DNA of 64,000 nucleotides from Acidimicrobiia bacterium (GTDB taxonomy: Bacteria > Actinomycetota > Acidimicrobiia > Acidimicrobiales > VFJN01), in contig VSCH01000016.1 in NCBI GenBank assembly GCA_047459075.1, positions 1,017-65,016 of the forward strand, in the 5' to 3' direction. Numbering within the stretch: the stretch's first letter is position 1; every line of letters begins with the position of its first letter. This document shows positions 11,090 through 20,546 of this stretch, in pieces. The notes beneath the pieces were generated by a model. That model did no database searches. It saw only the letters and a list, made by a program, of their open reading frames with translations, and had not been told where the DNA came from. The position numbers and the translations under genes are program-made.

Positions 11090-11126
11090 TGCCGTTGCCG
11101 GTGGCAGCGTTGGTCGAGGAGTCGCC

Positions 11127-12485
11127 GTGTTGAAGTTCGGGACCGATGGGGTGCGGGGCGTGGCCAACGCCGAGCTCACCCCGGAGCTGGCCCTCGCCCT
11201 GGGCCGGGCGGCCGCCCGGGTGCTGGGCGGCGACCGCTGCGCCGTCGGGCGCGACACCCGCCGGTCGGGCCCCATGCTCGAGGCCGCGCTGGCCGCCGGC
11301 CTGGCCAGCGAGGGCGTCGACGTCGTGCTGCTCGGCGTCGTGCCCACGCCGGCGGTGGCCTGGTGGTCGGCGTCCGAGGGCGCGCCGGCGGCGATGGTGT
11401 CGGCGTCGCACAACCCCTTCGCCGACAACGGCATCAAGCTGTTCGCGGCCGGCGGCCGCAAGCTGCCCGACGACGTCGAGCGCCGGCTCGAGGACGAGCT
11501 GCAGCGGCTGCTGCGCCTCCGGCCGGCGGACGACGGGGGCGAGGCCGGCGACCGCCCGGTCCCGACGGGCGCGGCGCTGGGCCGCATCGACGCCGCCGAG
11601 GGCGCCGACGCCGGCTACCGGGCCGCGGTCGTCGCCTCGCTGGACGGGCGCCGCCTCGACGGGCTCCGGGCCGTCGTCGACTGCGCCAACGGCGCGGCCT
11701 CGGCCGTCGCCCCCCGGGTGCTGCGCGACCTCGGCGTCGAGGTCGAGGTGGTGAACGACCGGCCCGACGGCACGAACATCAACGACGGCTGCGGCTCGAC
11801 CCACGTCGAGCGCCTCGGGCCGCTGGTGGCCGAGCGGGGCGCCGACCTGGGCATCGCCTTCGACGGCGACGCCGACCGCGTGCTGCTCGTCGACGCCGCG
11901 GGCCAGGTGGTCGACGGCGACCAGATCATCGCCATGTGCGCGATCGACCGCCACGAGCGGGGCGTGCTGGCCGGCGACAGCGTCGTCGTGACCGTCATGA
12001 CCAACCTCGGGTTCCGGCAGGCGATGGAGAAGCGGGGCATCCGGGTGGTCGAGACCCGGGTCGGCGACCGTTACGTCCTCGAGGCCCTCGAGGCCGAGGG
12101 CCTGGCCCTCGGCGGCGAGCAGAGCGGCCACGTGATCTTCCGCGACCTGGCCACGACCGGCGACGGCCTCCTCACCGCCGTGCAGGTGCTCGACGTCGTC
12201 GTGCGCACGGGCGTGCCGCTCGGCGAGCTCGCCGCCCGGTCGATGACCCGGCTGCCCCAGGTGCTCCGCAACGTGCGGGTCGCCCGCCGCGACCCGGCCA
12301 TCGTCGACCGGCTCGCCGCCGACATCGCCGCCGTCGAGGCCCGGCTGGGCGACCAGGGGCGGGTGCTCGTGCGACCGAGCGGCACCGAACCGCTCGTGCG
12401 GGTGATGGTCGAGGCGCCGACGGCCGCCGAGGCCGACGCCGCGGCCGCCGAGCTGGTGCGCGCCGTCGAGGCGCTGGGCGCCTGA
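11127..12485 (+). CDS. glmM: Phosphoglucosamine mutase
   Basis: GTG start. FGTDGVRGVAN, phosphoserine loop SASHNPFADNGIK, FDGDADR, GGEQSGH. Conserved rplM-rpsI-glmM order. Confidence 0.93.
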   Translation: MLKFGTDGVRGVANAELTPELALALGRAAARVLGGDRCAVGRDTRRSGPMLEAALAAGLASEGVDVVLLGVVPTPAVAWWSASEGAPAAMVSASHNPFADNGIKLFAAGGRKLPDDVERRLEDELQRLLRLRPADDGGEAGDRPVPTGAALGRIDAAEGADAGYRAAVVASLDGRRLDGLRAVVDCANGAASAVAPRVLRDLGVEVEVVNDRPDGTNINDGCGSTHVERLGPLVAERGADLGIAFDGDADRVLLVDAAGQVVDGDQIIAMCAIDRHERGVLAGDSVVVTVMTNLGFRQAMEKRGIRVVETRVGDRYVLEALEAEGLALGGEQSGHVIFRDLATTGDGLLTAVQVLDVVVRTGVPLGELAARSMTRLPQVLRNVRVARRDPAIVDRLAADIAAVEARLGDQGRVLVRPSGTEPLVRVMVEAPTAAEADAAAAELVRAVEALGA

Positions 12486-12589
12486 GCGGCGCCGTCACGG
12501 GCGCGGGCGCGAACGCGGTCGTAGCCCTGCCGGCCGACGCGCCACGCACCGCGCGGGACGTCGACGGCGGGTGGGCGTCCGTCCGCCCC

Positions 12590-12595
12590 TAGACT
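12590..12595 (+). promoter_or_regulatory. Candidate -10 hexamer (TANNNT) 8 nt upstream of the glmS-like ATG; no SD (near-leaderless)
   Basis: TAGACT at 12590-12595, then cgacggcc, then ATG 12604. No GGAGG-like element in the gap. Confidence 0.3.
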
Positions 12596-12603
12596 CGACG
12601 GCC

Positions 12604-15600
12604 ATGTGCGGGATCATCGCGGTCGTGCGCCGTCCCGGCGCCCGGACCGCACCAGCGGCGGACGCGATCACGCGACCGCTCCACGACGCGGTGGCGGCGC
12701 TGGCGGGCGACCGCCCCCTGGCCGAGGTGTGCCACGAGGCCGCGGCCCTGGTCGAGTCGGCCGACGCCCTGCTGCGCGGCGCGCCCGGGGTCCACGCCCT
12801 GGTCCACGACCGGCGGCTGCTGGCCGAGGTCGAGGGCACCGCGACCACGCTGTCCGAGGCGCTGCGGTCGATCGAGGCCCGGCTCGACGCCGGCGTCGAG
12901 GGCGACGGCGACCCGGCCGCGGTCGAGGCGGTCAACGCGGCCGTCGTGCGGTTGAAGGACGCCGTCTGGGCGCTCGGCCAGGACCGCGTCCGCACCGCCC
13001 GCGCCGTGGCCGACCTGGCCGGCAGCGAGCCCGGCTGGAGCGCCACCGAGACCTACACCTCGATCCAGCAGGCGCTCGCCGCCATCGACCGGCTCGAGGT
13101 GCGGGGGCGCGACTCGGCCGGCCTCCACGTGCTGGTGCGCGACCACGGCCTCGACCTCGACAGCCCGGCGGTCGCCGGGCTGCTCGCCGGGCGCGACCAG
13201 GACCCGCTGTTCCGCTCCGGCACCGTCCGGGTCGTCGACGGGTGCCTGGCGTTCGTCTACAAGGCCGCCGCCGAGATCGGCGAGCTGGGCGACAACACGG
13301 CGGCGCTCCGCCGGGCCGTGCGGGACGACGACCTGCTCCGGCTGGCGGTGTCGTCCGACGACGCGGTCGCGGTCGTGCTGGGGCACACCCGCTGGGCCTC
13401 GGTCGGCATCATCAGCCAGCCGAACGCCCACCCGGTGGACAGCACCGAGCTGGGCAACGACGGCGCCCCCTACGTCGTCGCCGCGCTGAACGGCGACGTC
13501 GACAACTTCGCCGACCTCAAGGCGCTCGACGGCCTGCAGATCGCCCCGGAGATCACCACCGACGCCAAGGTCATCCCCACCCTCGTCGCCCGCCGGGTCC
13601 AGGCGGGGGCGGGCCTCACCGACGCCTTCCGCGACGTCGTCGCCTCCTTCGAGGGCTCGGTGGCCATCGCCGCGTCGGCCAGCGCCGAGCCCCACAAGCT
13701 GCTGCTCGCCCTCCGGGGCAGCGGCCAGGCGCTCTACGTCGGGCTGGCCGAGGACACCTACGTCGTGGCCAGCGAGCCCTACGGCGTCGTCGAGCTGACC
13801 GACCGCTACCTGCGGATGGACGGCGAGACGCCGGCCAACCCGGCCAACCCGACCGCCAGCCGCGGCCAGATCGTCGTGCTCGACGGCCGGCGGGCGGGCT
13901 CGCTCGAGGGCATCGAGCGCGTCGCCTACGACGGCACGCCGCTCCCCGTCGCCGCCGACGACCTGTCCTCGGCGGGCATCACCACCCGCGACATCGACCG
14001 CGGCGACTTCCCGCACTACCTGCTGAAGGAGATCACCGAGGCACCGGCCAGCTTCCGCAAGACCCTGCGGGGCAAGCTCGTCGAGCGCGACGGCGGCCTG
14101 GCGGTGGTCCTCGGCCCCGAGGCGCTGCCGGACGACATCCGGGCCGACCTGCGGGCCGGCGCCATCCGCCGCATCGTCGTCGTCGGCCAGGGCACCGCCG
14201 CGGTCGCCGGCCAGTCGCTCGCCGCCGCCCTCGACCGGTTCTGCCCCGACGCCGGCCTGCGGGTCGAGGCCATGCCCGCCACCGAGCTGTCGGGCTTCGG
14301 GCTGCGGCCGTCGATGGCCGACACGCTGGTCGTCGCCATCAGCCAGTCGGGCACCACCACCGACACCAACCGGACGGTCGACCTCGTCCGCTCCCGGGGC
14401 GCCCGGGTGGTGGCCATCGTCAACCGGCGGGGCAGCGACCTGACCGACAAGGCCGACGGCGTCCTCTACACCTCCGACGGGCGCGACGTCGAGATGTCGG
14501 TGGCGTCGACCAAGGCGTTCTACAGCCAGATCGCGGCCGGCCTCCTCCTCGCCGCCGCCATCGCCGAGGAGGTCGGGGGCACGGTCGACCAGGACCTCCT
14601 GGCCGCGCTGCGGGAGCTGCCCCGGGCCATGGACGAGGTGCTGGCCCGGCGGCCGGCCATCGCCGAGGCGGCCCACGCCCTCGCCCCGGCCCGGCGGTAC
14701 TGGGCGGTCGTGGGCAACGGCGCCAACCGCATCGCCGCCGCCGAGCTGCGGATCAAGCTGTCGGAGCTCTGCTACAAGTCGATCGCCTGCGACTCGACCG
14801 AGGACAAGAAGCACATCGACCTGTCCAGCGAGCCGCTCATCGTCGTCTGCGCCGCCGGCCTCGAGGGCTCGACCGCCGACGACGTGGCCAAGGAGGTGGC
14901 GATCTACCGGGCGCACAAGGCGGCGCCCGTCGTCATCGCCACCGAGGGCCAGAGCCGGTACGCCAGCGCGCTCTACGTGCTGCCGGTGCCGGTCACCCAC
15001 CCGGCGCTCGCCTTCGTCCTCTCGGCGATGGCGGGGCACCTCTTCGGCTACGAGGCCGCGCTGGCCATCGACGCCCTGGCCCGACCGCTGCGCGAGGCGC
15101 GGGCCGCGATCGAGGCGGTCGTCACCGGCGGTGCCGCCCGGCCCGCGCCGGCGGCGCTCGCCGCCGCGGGGGCGGCCGGTGGCGACGAGGCCGCGCCCGG
15201 GCCCACCACCGGCGGGCAGCCGGCGGGGCCGGCCCGGGACGGCGAGGAGCTGCTGCGGCGCCTGCGCCCCGACCTCGAGCCGCTGGCCCGCCGCTGGTTC
15301 GACGCCCTGCGGGTGGGCAGCTACGACGGCCAGCTCGAGGCCTCGACCGCGGTGCGCCTGGCCGCGCTGCTCCGCTACGCGCTGGGTGTCGTGCCGCTCG
15401 ACGCCTACCAGGTCGACCAGGGCAAGGTCGGCACGCCGGCGGTCGTGCTCGACGACCTGACCGCGGCGCTCACCCAGGCCATCGAGGAGCTGACCCGGCC
15501 GATCGACGCCATCAAGCACCAGGCGAAGACCGTCACCGTCGGCATCTCCCGCACCGACGAGTCGCTGCTCGAGGTCCCGCTCGTGCGCGAGGTGCTGGCC

Positions 15601-16125
15601 ACCGGCGCCCACCGCGACGGGCTCAGCTACCGCACGCTGCGCACGCTGGCCGACATCAGCCCGGCGATCGCCGAGGTCGTGGGCTACACCCGCTACCAGA
15701 TCACCGGCAAGGTCGACGACGGCGCGACGATCACGGTCGTCGACCGGGGCGGCATCGCCCGCGACCTGCCCAGCCGCACCGAGCGATCCCCCGAGCTGCG
15801 GGGCACCAAGCGCCGGGTGGCGGCCGAGGGCGAGGTGCTCGTGGCCCGGGGCCGGCGCGACGGCCGGCCGATCGTCATCGTCCCCGAGGTCAAGGACGGC
15901 GAGGCCACCGGCATCACCCTGCTGCACGTGCGCTTCGCCGACCGCCTGCCGGTGGCGACGGCCCGGGGCGTGCTCCAGGGCTACCGCAACCGCTACTCGG
16001 TCCTGCGCGACGCCGTGCGGGAGACCGAGCCGACCTTCCGAGAGGACCTGCTGGCCGAGATCCCCGTCGACGAGCTGCTCACCGAGCCGATCAACCAGCT
16101 CGCCGACCGGTGGCGGGCCGGCTGA
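12604..16125 (+). CDS. Atypical, double-length glutamine--fructose-6-phosphate aminotransferase-like protein (Ntn amidotransferase + 2 SIS domains, with large insertions and a C-terminal extension)
   Basis: ORF 12571..16125. Start fixed at ATG 12604 because Ntn amidotransferases need Met-Cys (MCGIIAV). GlmS hallmarks seen: RGRDSAG, GHTRWAS, LNGDVDN, TDAKV, FPHYLLKEI, SQSGTTTDT, RIKLSE...KKH, QAKTVTVG. Length is 1173 aa, against roughly 600-620 aa as I recall for canonical GlmS. Confidence 0.8.
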   Translation: MCGIIAVVRRPGARTAPAADAITRPLHDAVAALAGDRPLAEVCHEAAALVESADALLRGAPGVHALVHDRRLLAEVEGTATTLSEALRSIEARLDAGVEGDGDPAAVEAVNAAVVRLKDAVWALGQDRVRTARAVADLAGSEPGWSATETYTSIQQALAAIDRLEVRGRDSAGLHVLVRDHGLDLDSPAVAGLLAGRDQDPLFRSGTVRVVDGCLAFVYKAAAEIGELGDNTAALRRAVRDDDLLRLAVSSDDAVAVVLGHTRWASVGIISQPNAHPVDSTELGNDGAPYVVAALNGDVDNFADLKALDGLQIAPEITTDAKVIPTLVARRVQAGAGLTDAFRDVVASFEGSVAIAASASAEPHKLLLALRGSGQALYVGLAEDTYVVASEPYGVVELTDRYLRMDGETPANPANPTASRGQIVVLDGRRAGSLEGIERVAYDGTPLPVAADDLSSAGITTRDIDRGDFPHYLLKEITEAPASFRKTLRGKLVERDGGLAVVLGPEALPDDIRADLRAGAIRRIVVVGQGTAAVAGQSLAAALDRFCPDAGLRVEAMPATELSGFGLRPSMADTLVVAISQSGTTTDTNRTVDLVRSRGARVVAIVNRRGSDLTDKADGVLYTSDGRDVEMSVASTKAFYSQIAAGLLLAAAIAEEVGGTVDQDLLAALRELPRAMDEVLARRPAIAEAAHALAPARRYWAVVGNGANRIAAAELRIKLSELCYKSIACDSTEDKKHIDLSSEPLIVVCAAGLEGSTADDVAKEVAIYRAHKAAPVVIATEGQSRYASALYVLPVPVTHPALAFVLSAMAGHLFGYEAALAIDALARPLREARAAIEAVVTGGAARPAPAALAAAGAAGGDEAAPGPTTGGQPAGPARDGEELLRRLRPDLEPLARRWFDALRVGSYDGQLEASTAVRLAALLRYALGVVPLDAYQVDQGKVGTPAVVLDDLTAALTQAIEELTRPIDAIKHQAKTVTVGISRTDESLLEVPLVREVLATGAHRDGLSYRTLRTLADISPAIAEVVGYTRYQITGKVDDGATITVVDRGGIARDLPSRTERSPELRGTKRRVAAEGEVLVARGRRDGRPIVIVPEVKDGEATGITLLHVRFADRLPVATARGVLQGYRNRYSVLRDAVRETEPTFREDLLAEIPVDELLTEPINQLADRWRAG

Positions 16126-16132
16126 GCGGGCG

Positions 16133-16522
16133 GTGGACGTCGTCGGCGTGGGCGTCGACCTCGTCGAGGTCGACCGCATGCGCCGCACCGTGGCGCGCAC
16201 GCCGGGCTTCGTCGACCGGGTGTTCACCGCCGGTGAGCGGGACTGGTGCCGGCGCGTGCCCGACCCGGCCGAGCGGTTCGCCGCCCGGTTCGCCGCCAAG
16301 GAGGCCGTGCTGAAGGCGCTCGGCGTCGGGCTCGGCGCCTGCCGGCTGTGCGACATCGAGGTCGTGCGGGGCGGCGACGGCGCGCCGTCGGTGGCCCTGC
16401 ACGGCCGGGCGGCCGAGCTCGCCCGGGAGCGGGGCGCCACGGGCTGGCACCTCAGCCTCACCCACACCCGCACGATGGCCGAGGCGGTCGTCATCGCGAC
16501 CGGCCCGGCCCCGCACCGTTAG
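16133..16522 (+). CDS. acpS: Holo-[acyl-carrier-protein] synthase
   Basis: GTG start. VGVGVDLVEVDRM...FTAGE...RFAARFAAKEAVLKALG...SLTHT. Confidence 0.85.
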   Translation: MDVVGVGVDLVEVDRMRRTVARTPGFVDRVFTAGERDWCRRVPDPAERFAARFAAKEAVLKALGVGLGACRLCDIEVVRGGDGAPSVALHGRAAELARERGATGWHLSLTHTRTMAEAVVIATGPAPHR

Positions 16523-16534
16523 CCTCGGCTCGTC

Positions 16535-17899
16535 ATGCTCCCGGTCCTCACGCCAGACGAGATGGCCGCGGTCGACGCGGCCGCGCCCGAGCCCGTCTCC
16601 GTCCTCATCGGCCGGGCCGGCGCCGCCGTCGCCCGGGAGGCGCTGGCCATGCTCGGCGGGGCCTACGGCCGCCGCGTCGTGGTCGTCGCCGGCAAGGGCA
16701 ACAACGGCAACGACGGCCGCGAGGCCGCCCGCCGCCTGCGCCGCCGCGGCGTGCGGGTGCTCGTGGTCGACGCCGCCGACGCCCCCGAGCGCCTGCCGGC
16801 CGCCGACCTGGTCGTCGACGCCGCCTACGGCACCGGCTTCCGGGGCGAGTACCGGGCCCCCGACCCCGGCGGCGCGCCGGTGCTGGCCGTCGACATCCCG
16901 AGCGGCGTCGCCGGGCTGACCGGCGCCGCCGCCGGCGAGGCGGTCCGGGCCGACCGCACGGTGACCTTCGCCGCCCTGAAGCCGGGGCTGCTGTTCCACC
17001 CCGGCCGGGCGCTGGCCGGCGAGGTCGTGCTGGCCGACATCGGGCTCGACACCTCGGGCGCCCGCATCCACGTCGTCGAGGCCGCGGACGTCGCCGCCTG
17101 GGTGCCGCCGCGGCCGCCGGACACGCACAAGTGGCGGGCCGCGCTGGTCGTCGCGGCCGGGTCGCCGGGCATGACCGGCGCGGCCCACCTGGCCGCCCGG
17201 GCCGCCCAGCGGGCCGGCGCCGGCATGGTGCGGGTCGCGTCGCCGGGCCTCGAGCACGACCCCGGCCTGCCCACCGAGGCGGTGGGCATCGGCCTGCCGG
17301 TCGCCGGCTGGGACGGCACGGTCATGGCCGAGGCCGCCCGCGCCGGGGCCGTCGTGCTGGGCCCCGGGCTCGGGCGCAGCGCGCCCAACGAGGCCGCCGT
17401 CCACCACATCACCTCGTCGGTGCAGGTGCCGCTGCTCGTCGACGGCGACGGGCTGACCCTGCTCGGCGACCACGTCGCCGCGGTGGTGGCCCGCCGCACG
17501 GCGCCGACGGTGCTCACCCCCCACGACGGGGAGTTCGCCCGGCTGACCGGCGCGCCGCCGGGCCCCGACCGCATCGCCGCCGCCCGGCGCCTCGCGGCCG
17601 ACACCGGCGCCGTCGTGCTGCTGAAGGGCCCGACCACCGTCGTCGCCCACCCCGACGGGCGCGTGCGCCTCTCGACCAGCGGCGACGCCCGCCTCGCCAC
17701 GGCCGGGACCGGCGACGTGCTCTCCGGCATCGTGGGCGCCCTGCTGTGCCAGGGCATCGACGCCTTCGACGCCGCGGCCGCCGGCGCCTGGCTGCACGGC
17801 CGGGCGGCGGCGCGGGGACCGGCCCGGGGCCTCGTCGCCTCCGACGTCGTCGAGGGCCTGCCGGCGGCCCTGGGTGAGCTGGGGGAGGTGGGGCGCTGA
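16535..17899 (+). CDS. nnr: Bifunctional NAD(P)H-hydrate repair enzyme (epimerase / ADP-dependent dehydratase)
   Basis: YjeF N-terminal domain (VVVAGKGNNGNDG) followed by a carbohydrate-kinase-like C-terminal domain (LGPGLG, ATAGTGDVLSG). Confidence 0.85.
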   Translation: MLPVLTPDEMAAVDAAAPEPVSVLIGRAGAAVAREALAMLGGAYGRRVVVVAGKGNNGNDGREAARRLRRRGVRVLVVDAADAPERLPAADLVVDAAYGTGFRGEYRAPDPGGAPVLAVDIPSGVAGLTGAAAGEAVRADRTVTFAALKPGLLFHPGRALAGEVVLADIGLDTSGARIHVVEAADVAAWVPPRPPDTHKWRAALVVAAGSPGMTGAAHLAARAAQRAGAGMVRVASPGLEHDPGLPTEAVGIGLPVAGWDGTVMAEAARAGAVVLGPGLGRSAPNEAAVHHITSSVQVPLLVDGDGLTLLGDHVAAVVARRTAPTVLTPHDGEFARLTGAPPGPDRIAAARRLAADTGAVVLLKGPTTVVAHPDGRVRLSTSGDARLATAGTGDVLSGIVGALLCQGIDAFDAAAAGAWLHGRAAARGPARGLVASDVVEGLPAALGELGEVGR

Positions 17900-19011
17900 T
17901 GCCGCGGGCCTGGGCCGAGATCGACCTCGAGGCCGTCCGCCACAACGTGCGGACCCTGCGCCGGGTCGCCAGCCCCGCCCGGCTGTGCGCGGTGGTCAAG
18001 GCCAACGGCTACGGCCACGGCGCCGCCGCCGTCGGGCGGGCCGCCCTCGAGGCCGGCGCCGACTGGCTGGCGGTCGCGCAGGTGGAGGAGGCCGTCGCCC
18101 TGCGCGACGCCGGCATCGACGCGCCGCTGCTGCTGCTGTCCGAGCCCCGCATCGACGAGGTCGAGGACGCCGTGAGCACCGGCGCCCACCTCACCGTCTA
18201 CAGCTCGGCCTGCGTCGCCGCGGTGGCCAAGGCCGTCCTCGCCGCCCGGGTGCCCGCCGCGCCGCTGCACCTGAAGGTCGACACCGGCATGCGCCGGGTC
18301 GGCGTGGCCCCGGGCGACGTGCTGCCGCTGGCCCGGGCCATCACCGAGCTGGCCGAGGTCCGGCTGGCCGGGGTGTGCACGCACTGCCCGGTGGCCGACG
18401 AGCCCGACGACCCCTTCACCCACGAGCAGCTGCGGCGCTTCGACGAGATCGTGGCCGAGCTGCGGGAGGCGGGCATCGACCCGGGCATCGTCCACGCGGC
18501 GAACTCGGCGGCCACGATCCTCCACCCGGAGAGCCGCCACGACATGGTGCGGTGCGGCATCGCCGTCTACGGCATCCCGCCCGCCCCGGCGCTGGCCGGG
18601 CTCGTCGACCTCCGGCCGGCGCTGACGCTGGCGTCGGAGGTGTCGTTCGTCAAGCGGGTGGCGGCCGGCGAGGGCATCTCCTACGGCCTCCACCACCGGT
18701 TCGAGCGTGACACCGTCGTGGCCACGGTGCCGATCGGCTACGCGGACGGCGTGCCCCGGGCCCTGGGCCTGGCCGGCCAGGAGGTGCTGATCGGCGGCCG
18801 GCGGCGGCCGATGGTGGGCGTCGTGACGATGGACCAGCTGATGGTCGACTGCGGCCCCGAGGGCGACGTGGCCGTCGGCGACCGGGTCGTGCTGCTCGGC
18901 GCCCAGGGCGAGGAGCGGATCACGCCCGACGAGTGGGCGGCCCGGCTGGGCACCATCTCCTACGAGGTCGTCTGCTCGATCGGCGCCCGGGTGCAGCGCC
19001 GCTACCGCTGA
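17899..19011 (+). CDS. alr: Alanine racemase
   Basis: ATG overlaps the nnr TGA (TGATG). PLP-lysine motif AVVKANGYGHGA. RCGIAVYG, YGLHHRF, VTMDQLMVD. Confidence 0.9.
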   Translation: MPRAWAEIDLEAVRHNVRTLRRVASPARLCAVVKANGYGHGAAAVGRAALEAGADWLAVAQVEEAVALRDAGIDAPLLLLSEPRIDEVEDAVSTGAHLTVYSSACVAAVAKAVLAARVPAAPLHLKVDTGMRRVGVAPGDVLPLARAITELAEVRLAGVCTHCPVADEPDDPFTHEQLRRFDEIVAELREAGIDPGIVHAANSAATILHPESRHDMVRCGIAVYGIPPAPALAGLVDLRPALTLASEVSFVKRVAAGEGISYGLHHRFERDTVVATVPIGYADGVPRALGLAGQEVLIGGRRRPMVGVVTMDQLMVDCGPEGDVAVGDRVVLLGAQGEERITPDEWAARLGTISYEVVCSIGARVQRRYR

Positions 19012-19022
19012 GGAGGGCCATC

Positions 19023-19937
19023 GTGATCACCGACGTCCCCGGCGTGCGGGTGGGCCACTGGACCGACCGGCGGGCGGCGACCGGCTGCACCGTGGTGCTG
19101 CTGCCCGAGGGCACCGTCGCCTCGGGCGAGGTGCGGGGCGGCGCCCCGGCCACCCGGGAGACCGCCCTGCTCGACCCGACCCGGACGGTCACCCGGCTGG
19201 ACGCGGTCGTCATGACCGGCGGCTCGGCGTTCGGGCTGGCCTCGGCGGACGGCGTCATGCGGTTCTGCGAGGAGCGGGGCGTGGGCGTGCCGACGCCCGC
19301 CGGCCCGGTGCCGATCGTCGTCGCCCTCGGCCTGTTCGACCTGCCGGTGGGCGACCCCTCCGTGCGGCCGGGCCCGGAGGAGGGCTACGCGGCCTGCGTC
19401 GCGGCGACGGACGGCCCGGTGGAGCTCGGCCGGGTCGGCGCCGGCACCGGCGCCACCGTGGCCACCGGCGAGCCGCCGCCCGCACCCGGCGAGCTGCCCC
19501 CCCGCCGGCCGGGCGGCGTGGTGACGGCCGGCGCCCGGGCCGGCGACCTGGTCGTGGCGGCGCTCGTCGTCGTGAACGCCGCCGGCGTCCCGGGGGCCGA
19601 CGACAGCCTGGCCCTCGACATCGCCACGGCGCGGGCCGCGGCCGGCTCGCGGCGCACCCTCTTCGGCAACACGACGGTGGGGGTGGTGGCGACCAACGCG
19701 ACGCTCGACAAGGTCGGCTGCCACGTCGTGGCCCAGGGGGCCCACGACGGGCTGGCGCGGGCGATCGTGCCGCCGCACACCCGGGCCGACGGCGACGCCT
19801 TCGTGGCCGCCGCGGTGGGCGGCGTCGAGGCCGACGTCGACGTGGTCCGGGCCCTCGCGGTCCACGTCGTGGCCCGGGCGATCGCGAGCCTCGACGAGCC
19901 CGCGGCCGGGGCGGGCGGGCGAGGCGATGGTCGGTAA
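19023..19937 (+). CDS. Peptidase family S58 (DmpA / P1 aminopeptidase-like Ntn hydrolase)
   Basis: ORF 18933..19937 trimmed to GTG 19023, behind AGGAGGG (19011-19017). ITDVPGVRVGHWTD, GCTVVLLPEG, VVMTGGSAFGL, self-processing-type motif FGNTTVGVVATNA. Confidence 0.75.
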   Translation: MITDVPGVRVGHWTDRRAATGCTVVLLPEGTVASGEVRGGAPATRETALLDPTRTVTRLDAVVMTGGSAFGLASADGVMRFCEERGVGVPTPAGPVPIVVALGLFDLPVGDPSVRPGPEEGYAACVAATDGPVELGRVGAGTGATVATGEPPPAPGELPPRRPGGVVTAGARAGDLVVAALVVVNAAGVPGADDSLALDIATARAAAGSRRTLFGNTTVGVVATNATLDKVGCHVVAQGAHDGLARAIVPPHTRADGDAFVAAAVGGVEADVDVVRALAVHVVARAIASLDEPAAGAGGRGDGR

Positions 19938-19973
19938 CCTTCCGCGGGTGCGCATGACGATCGCACCCGTGCC

Positions 19974-20546
19974 GTGACGTCCCGGGCCGCGACGCTCGTC
20001 GCCCGCACGCGCTCGGTCGAGGAGACGCGGGAGCTCGCCGCGGCGGTCGCCCGCGTGGCCCAGCCGGGCGACCTCGTCCTGCTGTCGGGGGACCTCGGCG
20101 CCGGCAAGACGGCGTTCGTGCAGGGGTTCGGGCGCGGCCTCGGCGTCACCGAGCCGATCACCAGCCCGACCTTCACGCTGGCCCAGCAGTACGAGGGGCG
20201 GCTGACCGTCCACCACCTCGACGTCTACCGGCTCGACCAGCTCGGCGAGGTGGCCGACCTCGGCCTCGCCGAGCTGCTCGACGACGGCGGGGTCGTGCTC
20301 ATCGAGTGGGGCGACGCCATCCTGCCCGTCCTGCCGAACGACCACCTCGAGGTGCGGCTCGTCTACGGCGACCCGGGCGACGGCGAGGACGACCGCCGCA
20401 TCCTCGTCCGCCCGGTGGGGCCCAGCTGGGCCGCCCGCCAGGTGTCGCTGCTCGAGGCGCTCGCGCCGTGGGCGGTGGCGCCGGCCGACGCCGGCGGCGA
20501 GGGGACCGGCCCCGAGGCCGAGACGGGTGGGGCGGCGCCGTGCTGA
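19974..20546 (+). CDS. tsaE: tRNA t6A37 biosynthesis ATPase TsaE
   Basis: P-loop LSGDLGAGKTAFVQG, SPTFTL, HHLDVYRL. About 40 aa of C-terminal extension. Confidence 0.85.
   Translation: MTSRAATLVARTRSVEETRELAAAVARVAQPGDLVLLSGDLGAGKTAFVQGFGRGLGVTEPITSPTFTLAQQYEGRLTVHHLDVYRLDQLGEVADLGLAELLDDGGVVLIEWGDAILPVLPNDHLEVRLVYGDPGDGEDDRRILVRPVGPSWAARQVSLLEALAPWAVAPADAGGEGTGPEAETGGAAPC

Noticed and set aside
12486-12603. A possible glmS ribozyme or other riboswitch in the 118-nt gap before the glmS-like gene.
   Set aside because: I could not recognise any of the conserved glmS ribozyme core by eye. That ribozyme is characteristic of Firmicutes and a few other groups, not Actinobacteria. The gap is better explained by a promoter (TAGACT 8 nt before the ATG). 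A cmscan run would settle it.
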